DNA from: Vibrio cholerae ATCC 14035
Lineage (GTDB): Bacteria; Pseudomonadota; Gammaproteobacteria; Enterobacterales; Vibrionaceae
Reading direction: 5' to 3'
NCBI RefSeq assembly: GCF_000621645.1
Contig: NZ_JHXR01000003.1
Coordinates: forward strand, 180,001-212,000
Length of the DNA: 32,000 nucleotides
Position numbers and translations under genes: made by a program. Shown piece by piece: positions 1 to 11,074 of this stretch (position 1 is the stretch's first letter; each line of letters begins with the position of its first letter). Under the pieces are notes generated by a model. The model ran no database searches. It was given only the letters and a program-made list of their open reading frames with translations, and was not told the origin of the DNA.

Positions 1-2
1 TT

Positions 3-1091
3 AAGAAGGGTGATACCATTCTTAACAGCGCAACAGGTAAAACTGAGCGTATCGGCCGTATGGTTGAGATGCACGCAAACGACCGTAACGAAGTGGAATC
101 TGCACAAGCAGGTGACATCATCGCGATCGTTGGTATGAAGAACGTTCAAACAGGTCACACTCTATGTGATCCTAAGCACGAATGTACTCTTGAGCCAATG
201 ATTTTCCCAACACCAGTTATCTCTATCGCTGTTAAGCCTAAAGATAAGAACGGTTCTGAGAAAATGGGTATCGCGATTGGTAAGATGGTTGCAGAAGATC
301 CATCATTCCAAGTGGAGACTGACGAAGATTCTGGCGAAACCATCCTGAAAGGTATGGGTGAGCTGCATCTAGACATCAAAGTAGACATCCTTAAGCGTAC
401 TTACGGCGTTGAGCTGGAAGTGGGTGCTCCTCAAGTTGCTTACCGTGAAACTATCACTAAAGCAGTTGAAGATAGCTACACGCATAAGAAACAGTCTGGT
501 GGTTCAGGTCAGTTCGGTAAGATCGACTACCGTATCCGTCCAGGAGAGCAAAACTCTGGCTTCACCTTCAAGTCAACCGTTGTTGGTGGTAACGTTCCTA
601 AGGAATTCTGGCCAGCAGTTGAGAAAGGCTTCAAGTCTATGATGGATACCGGTACTCTTGCTGGCTTCCCTGTACTTGACGTTGAAGTTGAACTGTTCGA
701 CGGTGGCTTCCACGCAGTTGACTCATCTGCAATCGCATTTGAAATCGCAGCGAAAGGCGCATTCCGTCAGTCAATTCCAAAAGCGGCTCCTCAGCTTCTT
801 GAGCCAATCATGAAAGTGGATGTGTTCACTCCGGAAGATCACGTGGGTGACGTTATCGGTGACTTGAACCGTCGTCGTGGCATGATCAAAGACCAAGAAA
901 TGGGTCTTACAGGCGTACGCGTTAAAGCAGACGTACCACTATCTGAGATGTTCGGCTACATCGGTTCTCTACGTACAATGACTTCTGGTCGTGGTCAGTT
1001 CTCTATGGAGTTCTCTCACTACGCACCATGTCCAAACAACGTAGCTGAGCAAGTTATTGCTGAAGTTAAAGAGCGTAATGCGAAGAAGTAA
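3..1091 (+). CDS. fusA: Elongation factor G, C-terminal ~362 aa (5' end cut by the window edge); stand-alone EF-G paralogue
   Basis: The frame is already open from nt 3 ([26 protein letters not shown]...), upstream of the track's first ATG at 60. It is colinear with E. coli EF-G domains II-V ([60 protein letters not shown]). Stop TAA at 1089-1091. Confidence 0.95.
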   Translation, partial: KKGDTILNSATGKTERIGRMVEMHANDRNEVESAQAGDIIAIVGMKNVQTGHTLCDPKHECTLEPMIFPTPVISIAVKPKDKNGSEKMGIAIGKMVAEDPSFQVETDEDSGETILKGMGELHLDIKVDILKRTYGVELEVGAPQVAYRETITKAVEDSYTHKKQSGGSGQFGKIDYRIRPGEQNSGFTFKSTVVGGNVPKEFWPAVEKGFKSMMDTGTLAGFPVLDVEVELFDGGFHAVDSSAIAFEIAAKGAFRQSIPKAAPQLLEPIMKVDVFTPEDHVGDVIGDLNRRRGMIKDQEMGLTGVRVKADVPLSEMFGYIGSLRTMTSGRGQFSMEFSHYAPCPNNVAEQVIAEVKERNAKK

Positions 1092-1109
1092 TTCTTTGTT
1101 TTAAAGCTT

Positions 1110-1145
1110 AAAAAGCCCCGTAAGTGAAAGCTTACGGGGCTTTTG
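1110..1145. terminator. Rho-independent terminator, bidirectional in form, between convergent fusA and the acyl-CoA ligase gene
   Basis: Perfect 10-bp stem gccccgtaag (1115-1124) / cttacggggc (1131-1140) with a 6-nt loop. An A-run lies 5' (1110-1114) and tttt lies 3' (1141-1144). Confidence 0.85.
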
Positions 1146-1204
1146 TCTTCCTGCCAGCGAGGACGGCTCGACAAGCAAGGCCGTCCGCTTAGCGTGCTAA
1201 GTCC

Positions 1205-2890
1205 TTACTCTTCCCAAACGACGAGCTGACCTTTAGGCCAGTTTTGGCCGACATCGTGATATTTCTTCTCTAGAACATGACGTTTGATCTTGAGCGTTGG
1301 CGTTAAGATGCCGTTATCAATGCTCCAAGGATCTTTAATCATTAACACCCCTTTAATTTGTTCGTGAGATTCCAATTCACTATTGATGCGTGCTATCACT
1401 TTTTGGGTGGTGCGTTCATAACGCGCACGATCAAAGTGAGGAAAATTGTGCGGAACGGCTAACAAGATGGGGGCTGGGAGACCAGAGCCGATCAAGCACA
1501 TCATCTCAACTCGGCTGTATTCAAACAGCTTTTTCTCGATAGGAACGGGGGCGACGAACTTGCCTTTAGCGGTTTTAAAGGTGTCTTTTTTACGACCTTG
1601 AATGGTTAAATAGCCTTCACTGTCCAATGACCCGATATCGCCAGTATGTAACCAACCGTCATCGTTAAAGCTTTCGGCTGTCGCGGTGTCATTTTTATAG
1701 TAGCCAGCAAACAAGCCTTTGCTGCGGACTAAGATTTCTTCATCCTCCGCGATTTTCAGTTCAATGCCCGGTCCAGCATTACCCACAGTGCCGATTTTGT
1801 CAGCACGGAATGGATAGTTGAGTGTGCTGTATGCAAAGGATTCCGTCATGCCCCACGCTTCGGTAATGTTTAGTCCGACACTGCGATACCATTCGAGTAA
1901 TGCTGGGGAGACTGGTGCGGAGCCACAACCGAGCACGCGAGCTTGATCTAGCCCTAAACCATCGGCCAACTTACGTTTGATGAGTGAGTTGACGAAGGGG
2001 ATTTTGAGCAGAATATTCAGCTTTTTCTGCGGCAGTTTATCTTGGATGCGTTGTTGGAACAGTGTCCATAAACGAGGTACAGAAATAAACAGGGTTGGGC
2101 GGTGCATTTTGACATCTTCGATAAAGGTATCGAGAGATTCCGGAAATGCGGTCAGTACGCCACCGATGATCGATGAACCAAAAATATAAACTCGCTCAGT
2201 GATATGAGCGAGTGGCAGATATGAGAAAAGTCGATCGTTTTCTTCGATGCCTATGTGGTTGATCAGTTGTTGGGCGGACCAAGTAAATGCGCCATAAGTG
2301 AGCATGGCACCTTTCGGTTGTCCTGATGTACCAGAGGTATAAACGATGGACATCAGTTTTTCATCAAAGTGGGTGGGGCGCTCTTCACTGGGTTGATGCT
2401 GTTTGATCAGCGTTTGAAACTCATATTGGCATTTGGCTGCCGAAGGATAAGGAAGCGAGATACTGATAAGATTAGGACGCTCTGCTAACACATGCGCAGT
2501 GGCTTTATTATCATCCAGCTTGCCGACGATCAGGATTTTACTTTCACTGTGCTCAAGGCAGTAATCGATAGTCTCACTGCCTGCTGTCGGGAAGATAGGC
2601 ACACTGATGTAATCCCCGAGCATCATGGCTAAATCGCAAATAAACCATTCCGCACAGTTTTTTGAAATTAATGCAACTTTATCGCCCGGATCAGCCCCTA
2701 AGGCTCGCAAAGCGGAAACGAGGCGTAGAGCCTTATCCGCAACTTCGGCGTAAGTAAACTCAACAAATTGGCGGTTAATAATCTGTTTTAGGTACACCTC
2801 ATTCGGACGCTCTTTAGCCCAACGCAGCAACATCTCATTGGGTGGTGGGAGAGCACAAGGAGGGTGATTGAACTGATTAGGCTGGATCAT
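1205..2890 (-). CDS. AMP-dependent acyl-CoA synthetase/ligase (long-chain fatty-acid-CoA ligase-like)
   Basis: Long ORF carrying the adenylate-forming signatures YTSGTSGQPKGA and GWLHTGDIG...GRKKD. The ORF-track start at 2896 is TTG. The ATG two codons downstream (2890) has GGAG ~9 nt upstream, so I prefer it. Confidence 0.85.
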   Translation of the reverse strand: MIQPNQFNHPPCALPPPNEMLLRWAKERPNEVYLKQIINRQFVEFTYAEVADKALRLVSALRALGADPGDKVALISKNCAEWFICDLAMMLGDYISVPIFPTAGSETIDYCLEHSESKILIVGKLDDNKATAHVLAERPNLISISLPYPSAAKCQYEFQTLIKQHQPSEERPTHFDEKLMSIVYTSGTSGQPKGAMLTYGAFTWSAQQLINHIGIEENDRLFSYLPLAHITERVYIFGSSIIGGVLTAFPESLDTFIEDVKMHRPTLFISVPRLWTLFQQRIQDKLPQKKLNILLKIPFVNSLIKRKLADGLGLDQARVLGCGSAPVSPALLEWYRSVGLNITEAWGMTESFAYSTLNYPFRADKIGTVGNAGPGIELKIAEDEEILVRSKGLFAGYYKNDTATAESFNDDGWLHTGDIGSLDSEGYLTIQGRKKDTFKTAKGKFVAPVPIEKKLFEYSRVEMMCLIGSGLPAPILLAVPHNFPHFDRARYERTTQKVIARINSELESHEQIKGVLMIKDPWSIDNGILTPTLKIKRHVLEKKYHDVGQNWPKGQLVVWEE

Positions 2891-3095
2891 TCTCAAACTC
2901 CGGGTAACGTTGTTATTATGTTAATTTATTGTAAAGCGTAGCATGGAGAGCGTATTTCATCGAACCTTTTTGCATAAGAGAAGTGTAAAACTTTACGATT
3001 TGTTGACGAGATCAAACAAGACTCTGAATCTAATCAGTGGATTACTTACCCTAAGCGGTTCAATTTTGTCGATGCACGTGATTGGGAGGATGCGC

Positions 3096-4250
3096 TCAGT
3101 GGGTGATTCCCTGGTCCTTGGGATCTTGTTCCGGGAAACGGGCAACGATCTCTTTAAGCTCTTCTTGATTCTCACGCAGGGCATTCACACAATGACGATC
3201 TAACTTGCCATCGCTGACCATTTTTTCCAGTTCCAATAGGGCATGAGGAATGGATTGCGCTTGTTTGTAAGGGCGATGTGCGGTCAGGGCATCAAAGATG
3301 TTAGCGACCGCTATAATGCGTGCTGGGATAGGAATTTGGTCACTGACTAGACCAAATGGATAGCCGCTGCCATCCAAAAATTCATGGTGATAAGCCATGA
3401 TTTCTCGCAAAACGGCCAAACAAGGATGGTGAGGTGTACCTAGCTTTGCAATCACTTCATTGAGTAAATCAATGCCGTATTCAATATGGTTATGAACTTG
3501 CTCTTTTTCATGGTTGGCCAGTGAAGCGCGTTTTTGCAGAAGATCGGCTGGCAAGGCCAATTTCCCAAGATCATGGCAAGTGGCAAACTGGCTGATGTTT
3601 TCTATGAGCTCATCATCGAGCGCATACTGATCTGCGACATCGAGTGCGATGATCCGCGCGTAACGGCTGATCCGCTCTTTATGTTGCTTGATGTGAAGCC
3701 AGTGTTCGGGAGATTGAGTTTCAATTTGGTGTACATGGTCAACCAATTGATGGATTAAGGCGTATTCACCACAGATAGATTGTTGGATGAGCGATAAATA
3801 GGTTTCTAGCCGTTCAACGACTGACGCAGAAAAATAATGGCTCATTGAAGCGTTAAAAAATAAGAAACCGACGAAGGTGTGTTGATCAAAAACGGGTTTC
3901 ACTAACGAAGAGCAATATTGCTGTTCCAGCAACCAGCGGTTATGAGGTGTATGGCTTTTGGCTTGATTCGCGAGATCGTGAATAATGCGCAGTGCTCCGG
4001 ACTCTTTGCTCTGTTGTAAAGAGGGTAAGTTCGCGAGTGGTAACTCATAATGCACAAAGTCATGACTGACCGGAGAGCTGTCGGCACAGGTTTTAATCGA
4101 GTCTTTCTTCTCATCGTACAGAGCGAATGAAATCCTTTGGATATCAGGCAGCTCTACCCGAATTTTCTCGAGCATATTGGTTAAATAGGTATTTAGCGAC
4201 CCCACCGATGGGTAATAGCGAAACTGACCGACTTTGGGTTGCATCTGCAT
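3096..4250 (-). CDS. HD-GYP domain protein (probable c-di-GMP phosphodiesterase) with an N-terminal sensor-like region
   Basis: The C-terminal half contains HDLGKLALP (HD) and HHEFLDGSGYP (GYP) motifs. AAGGAAGGG lies ~8 nt upstream of ATG 4250. Confidence 0.85.
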   Translation of the reverse strand: MQMQPKVGQFRYYPSVGSLNTYLTNMLEKIRVELPDIQRISFALYDEKKDSIKTCADSSPVSHDFVHYELPLANLPSLQQSKESGALRIIHDLANQAKSHTPHNRWLLEQQYCSSLVKPVFDQHTFVGFLFFNASMSHYFSASVVERLETYLSLIQQSICGEYALIHQLVDHVHQIETQSPEHWLHIKQHKERISRYARIIALDVADQYALDDELIENISQFATCHDLGKLALPADLLQKRASLANHEKEQVHNHIEYGIDLLNEVIAKLGTPHHPCLAVLREIMAYHHEFLDGSGYPFGLVSDQIPIPARIIAVANIFDALTAHRPYKQAQSIPHALLELEKMVSDGKLDRHCVNALRENQEELKEIVARFPEQDPKDQGITH

Positions 4251-4331
4251 ATCACCGCCCTTCCTTGCTAGCTACTCATTAAGTTTAGACAAGGTTTTGT
4301 GGATTGCCGCATTAGGGCGGTGCTTTTCTAT

Positions 4332-4369
4332 GTCTGTTTTACTACTCGAGGTCTGTTTTACTACTCGAT
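4332..4369. repeat. Two-copy perfect tandem direct repeat (19-bp period)
   Basis: gtctgttttactactcga occurs at 4332-4349 and again at 4351-4368, head to tail. It sits in the 135-bp chrA / HD-GYP intergenic region. Confidence 0.9.
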
Positions 4370-4385
4370 CACATCCCGTTGCTTT

Positions 4386-5528
4386 TTAGATTAAGCCGCT
4401 GAGCACACCAAATAACAAGGTGCTCCCCACCATGCCAATTAAAGGAAGTCGCAAGACTTTAAACAAGAAGAAGCCGACTAACAGGGCTGCCCAATCGAGT
4501 GGGGCATGTACTGTGCTACTCCAAACGGGTTGATATAAGGCGGCGAGCAGTAAACCGACCACACAGGCGTTTACTCCTTGCATGGCTCCTGCAACTTTCG
4601 GGCGCTGAGCCAATGCCGACCAGTTTTTGAGTACGCCGAGTAGCAATAAAAAACCGGGGAGAAACACGGCTAAGGTTGCGATTAAAGCGCCAACCACGGG
4701 CATCTCTGGTGTCAGCACATAGCCAAGGTAAGTGGCTAAGGTAAACATTGGGCCCGGCACCGCTTGTGCTGCCGCGTAGCCTGTCAGAAATTGATCGGTC
4801 GATAGGCTGTCACCTAAGGCATTTTGCAGCAAGGGAAGAACCACATGACCGCCACCAAACACTAAGCTTCCTGCTTGGAAGAAATGGCCAAACAACTCAA
4901 CCAGCGGTGAGCTTGCAGCCAAGAGCGGCAGCCCGAGTAATAAACTTGCAAAAAGTAGCAGTGAAAGCCAAGAGGGGCTGAACGTGGTTGTCGAAAATGA
5001 CTGTTGTGGTGCCAAGCGGGCTTGGCCAACGAAAGCGGCGATCAGAAGGACCGCAAACTGAGTGATGAGACCGGGAGCTAACGTAATCGCAACCGCAGTC
5101 AGAACACATAACCCTGCAGTAAGGCGTTGCTGACAAAAATTGCGATACATGGTTAAACAAGCATCGGCCACCACTATGATCGCGAGTAGCTTCAAGCCAT
5201 GAATCATTTGTTCAAACAGTGGGGTATCAAGGAGATGGCTGCTTAGCCCCGCGAGCAGCAGCATGATGAGCACGGAGGGAAGGGTAAAACCGAGAAACGC
5301 TGCCCAAGCGCCAGCCAGACCACCACGATGATAACCAATCGCAAAACCAACTTGGCTAGAACCGGGGCCAGGAAGGAACTGGCTCAGTGCCACAAATTGT
5401 GCATATTCTTGCTCGCTAACCCAGCGTAATTTCTCAACAAAGGTGTGGCGAAAGTAACCTATATGTGCGGCTGGCCCACCAAAACTCACCCATCCGAGAG
5501 CAAAAAAAGTTCTAAAAATCGTTAGCAT
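4386..5528 (-). CDS. chrA: Chromate ion transporter (CHR family), two-domain form
   Basis: 380-aa polytopic hydrophobic protein with two homologous halves, each carrying the CHR motif (GWVSFGGPAAHIGY and GSLVFGGGHVVLPLL). Confidence 0.8.
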   Translation of the reverse strand: MLTIFRTFFALGWVSFGGPAAHIGYFRHTFVEKLRWVSEQEYAQFVALSQFLPGPGSSQVGFAIGYHRGGLAGAWAAFLGFTLPSVLIMLLLAGLSSHLLDTPLFEQMIHGLKLLAIIVVADACLTMYRNFCQQRLTAGLCVLTAVAITLAPGLITQFAVLLIAAFVGQARLAPQQSFSTTTFSPSWLSLLLFASLLLGLPLLAASSPLVELFGHFFQAGSLVFGGGHVVLPLLQNALGDSLSTDQFLTGYAAAQAVPGPMFTLATYLGYVLTPEMPVVGALIATLAVFLPGFLLLLGVLKNWSALAQRPKVAGAMQGVNACVVGLLLAALYQPVWSSTVHAPLDWAALLVGFFLFKVLRLPLIGMVGSTLLFGVLSGLI

Positions 5529-5617
5529 AATGATCTGAAGTCATCCGTAATCAATGGAAGGTCAACATCCGTAGGAGCATAGGTTATGGAGAGTCAAAGC
5601 GCAGAACAACTCCGAAT

Positions 5618-5633
5618 GTGTAAAAAATTACAC
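5618..5633. promoter_or_regulatory. GalR/LacI-like palindrome (outer arms only), possible auxiliary operator
   Basis: GTGTAAaaaaTTACAC has perfect 6-bp inverted arms identical to the arms of GalR-type operators. It lacks the central CG. Confidence 0.3.
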
Positions 5634-5701
5634 CATTATGATGGCAATCGTATGAATCGATTCAGAAATAGAAAAATTGGGTCAATATCGACCTCTATTT
5701 A

Positions 5702-5725
5702 AATTGTGGAAACGTTTACACAATT
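5702..5725. promoter_or_regulatory. GalR-type (LacI-family) operator upstream of lacZ
   Basis: aattGTGGAAACGTTTACACaatt is a 24-bp near-perfect palindrome with one mismatched pair. The core 16-mer (5706-5721) differs at one base from the reverse complement of E. coli galOE as I remember it (GTGTAAACGATTCCAC). Confidence 0.7.
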
Positions 5726-5847
5726 GGTGAGTGGTTCACAGAATCGGTGTTTGAAAGTTTGTTAGACTTTTTTGCATCTGCAGCATGTCATCATTCCTAT
5801 TCAAAGCTGCGAATCTTATTGAATGACTTCTTTACTCCTCGGCTTGA

Positions 5848-8985
<3,138 letters not shown>

Positions 8986-8988
8986 GCC

Positions 8989-9013
8989 AGAGAGCCTTAA
9001 GGCTCTCTTTTTT
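8989..9013 (+). terminator. Rho-independent terminator of lacZ, overlapping the 3' end of galR
   Basis: Stem agagagcc (8989-8996) / ggctctct (9001-9008), loop ttaa, then a T-run through 9013. The loop contains the galR stop codon (complement of 8997-8999). Confidence 0.8.
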
Positions 9014-10004
9014 GTGCCACGCTGTCGCGGCGAACGATGGTGGGCGAAAAGATCATCGGATCATTTTCACGCGGTGCATCGGTTGCCAAAGCAAGAGCCA
9101 ACTGAGTGGCTTTTTCTGCCATCAGTTGGATTGGGTAACGCACGGTCGTCAGGCGTGGGCGTAAGTAGCGCGAAATCAGGGCATCGTCAAAACCAATCAC
9201 TGAGACATGTTCAGGAACCGAATGCCCATTTTCCTCAAGTACCAACAGGGCTCCAGCGGCCATATTGTCGTTGTAAGCGACCACTGCGGTAAAAGGCAGT
9301 GATTTCACCAGTAGGTTAGTCATCGCCTGTTCGCCGCCTTCACTGTCTGGGCTGGCTTTTTCAATATAGCTGCTGCTTAGGGGGATGCCATGTTCGTTCA
9401 AGGCTTGTTGATAGCCCGCAATACGCTGATCGGCATCCTCAATTTGATGAGAGGAGCTGATGCAAGCAATGTTTCTATGTCCTTGACGGATGAGAAAATC
9501 GGTTGCTAAATAAGCACCTTTCTGGTTGTCGAGTGAAATACAGCGATCGGCGAGCTGAGGAATATGGCGATTGATCAACACCAGCGTTTTTACCTCGTTG
9601 GCGTACTCAATCAGCTCTTCATTGGGAAGCGCTTTGGAGTGGATGACCAGTGCATCACAGCGGCTGTTGATGAGCAGTTCCAGCGCGCGGCGCTCTTCTT
9701 CCGCTCGGTGGTAGCCGTTGCCGATCAGCAAATGTTTTCCTTCGCGGTGGGCGACAGTGTCGACGGCTTTGACTAAAGTTCCAAAGAAGGGATCAGAAAC
9801 ATCGCTGACCAAGACCCCTATGGTATTGGTGCTTTGATTGACTAAAGCGCGAGCCGCGGCGTTCGGACGATAGCCGAGTTTGTGCATCGCACTGGTCACC
9901 GTATCAATCGAGGCTTGGCTGGCTTTCGGGGATTTGTTGATGACGCGTGAAACCGTTGCCACAGATACACCGGCTTCACGTGCTACGTCTTTTATGGTTG
10001 CCAT
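8997..10004 (-). CDS. galR: Galactose-operon-type repressor (LacI/GalR family)
   Basis: The N-terminus MATIKDVAREAGVSVATVSRVINKSPKAS is nearly identical to E. coli GalR. Similarity continues through GDVSDPFFG, LLIGNGYH, SGGEQAM, IGFDD and RPRLTTVRYPI. Confidence 0.9.
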   Translation of the reverse strand: MATIKDVAREAGVSVATVSRVINKSPKASQASIDTVTSAMHKLGYRPNAAARALVNQSTNTIGVLVSDVSDPFFGTLVKAVDTVAHREGKHLLIGNGYHRAEEERRALELLINSRCDALVIHSKALPNEELIEYANEVKTLVLINRHIPQLADRCISLDNQKGAYLATDFLIRQGHRNIACISSSHQIEDADQRIAGYQQALNEHGIPLSSSYIEKASPDSEGGEQAMTNLLVKSLPFTAVVAYNDNMAAGALLVLEENGHSVPEHVSVIGFDDALISRYLRPRLTTVRYPIQLMAEKATQLALALATDAPRENDPMIFSPTIVRRDSVAQKREP

Positions 10005-10126
10005 AAGATTCCTTCTCTATCACAGGCGCAATAGTAGCGCTCCCTGTGAAAACAGCGCAATTGTAACTGAGTACATAAGAGTGAATTGTGAGCCATGACG
10101 CTTGTTCAACAGGGATTGGCGTAAAG

Positions 10127-10142
10127 TGTAAACGTTTTTAAT
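10127..10142. promoter_or_regulatory. Possible half-conserved GalR operator upstream of galR (autoregulation?)
   Basis: In GTGTAAACGtttttaa the left half-site plus central CG match the GalR operator, but the right half is degenerate. It lies ~120 nt upstream of the galR ATG. Confidence 0.3.
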
Positions 10143-10162
10143 GATTAAGAAGGATAAGAGTT

Positions 10163-10507
10163 ATGGACTCGGCGTTTTTGACGGTAGGGTACGATGATTT
10201 TGCGCGGCTGGATTTACGTATTGGCACCATTGTTGAGGCAAAGCTTCATCCTCGTTCGACCCGCAACTATATTGTGCAGATTGCGTTGGGAGAGCAGATG
10301 TTGCAAGCCGTCACCGCGTTAGCACCTTATTACTCGGCAGAACAATTACTCAATCAACAAGTGGTGGTGCTGTGCAATCTCAAACCGAGCTTGGTAGCTG
10401 GTGTAGAATCCCACTGCATGCTGCTGTGCGCGGAAACGCAAGATGGAGAAGAGAGTGTATTGCTCACCCCACAACGGATTATCGCCAATGGGGTGAGAAT
10501 CGTTTAG
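10163..10507 (+). CDS. ygjH: tRNA-binding (EMAP/CsaA-type OB-fold) protein
   Basis: 114 aa, colinear with E. coli YgjH as I recall it (DFARLDLRIGTIVEAK, VVVLCNLKP, MLLCAE...ESVLLTP). Confidence 0.75.
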   Translation: MDSAFLTVGYDDFARLDLRIGTIVEAKLHPRSTRNYIVQIALGEQMLQAVTALAPYYSAEQLLNQQVVVLCNLKPSLVAGVESHCMLLCAETQDGEESVLLTPQRIIANGVRIV

Positions 10508-11055
10508 CGTACTGCGGCAATCAGTTGATCAATCAAGCCATGCTGCTCCGGTTTTACCCCCGCCAAGTTGCCGTATTTGGGGGCGTGGCGGTCATTGTCT
10601 AACGGATGTTGCCAGCCCAAGGTTTGCTCGACAAATTGCCGTGCAAACGCTTCGGAAAACTCAAGGCAGCCACTGAGTACGGTATCGACATAGGTTTGCA
10701 CGATCGGGCTTTGTGAACAGGGCGGTTGATGCTGCTCGGTGACGTAAATCCAAATCGGTTTTTCTGGATCAAAATGCTCTTGTGTGTGAATACGATCCGC
10801 GGTTAAAGCGATGCGCTGATAACCACGCTCACGGCGATCAAATTCCGCTAACGCAACCTCATCAATTTCCAACAGCACGCCATTAATTTGCCCGTCGCCT
10901 TGATGAACCACTAAGGGTGAAAGAATGTAACTGTCATCGATTTTGCCAAAATAGCGCACCAATCCGGTTGCGCTGGCGGGAATGGCTCGTCCAGTCTGGC
11001 CGGTTAAACGGCGTGAGGCAGAATTAATCAGGCTTCCATAGCCAAAGATGTACAT
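10504..11055 (-). CDS. ChaC/GGCT-like gamma-glutamylcyclotransferase family protein
   Basis: The N-terminal FGYGSLIN motif and the FDRRERGY (catalytic Glu context) fit the ChaC/AIG2 fold. ATG 11055 has AGGA ~7 nt upstream and avoids overlap with zntB, so I prefer it to the track start at 11091. Confidence 0.7.
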   Translation of the reverse strand: MYIFGYGSLINSASRRLTGQTGRAIPASATGLVRYFGKIDDSYILSPLVVHQGDGQINGVLLEIDEVALAEFDRRERGYQRIALTADRIHTQEHFDPEKPIWIYVTEQHQPPCSQSPIVQTYVDTVLSGCLEFSEAFARQFVEQTLGWQHPLDNDRHAPKYGNLAGVKPEQHGLIDQLIAAVR

Positions 11056-11074
11056 GATGAGTTCCTGTAACGAT

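Noticed and set aside
2943-3203. 86-aa (+) and 63-aa (-) ORFs in the spacer between the acyl-CoA ligase and HD-GYP genes
   Set aside because: Both overlap the 3' end of the well-supported HD-GYP gene and have no SD or motifs. They are probably spurious.
4332-4369. Tandem repeat considered as a minimal CRISPR-like array
   Set aside because: There are only two abutting copies with a 1-nt gap and no spacers, and no cas genes. It is a simple tandem duplication.
5589-5607. 19-mer agagtcaaagcgcagaaca, shared at 17 of 19 positions with 12069-12087. Both lie ~55-80 nt upstream of minus-strand transporter genes (chrA, zntB), suggesting a common regulatory motif.
   Set aside because: A rough estimate gives several 17-of-19 matches by chance among all position pairs in 32 kb. 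At zntB the shared segment is explained by a terminator stem plus a -35-like TTGACT. At chrA there is no matching -10 or hairpin.
5727-5746. CRP-like site (GGTGAgtggtTCACA) upstream of lacZ
   Set aside because: The half-sites are separated by 5 nt, not the required 6, and the left half is GGTGA rather than TGTGA. Shifting the register destroys the right half.
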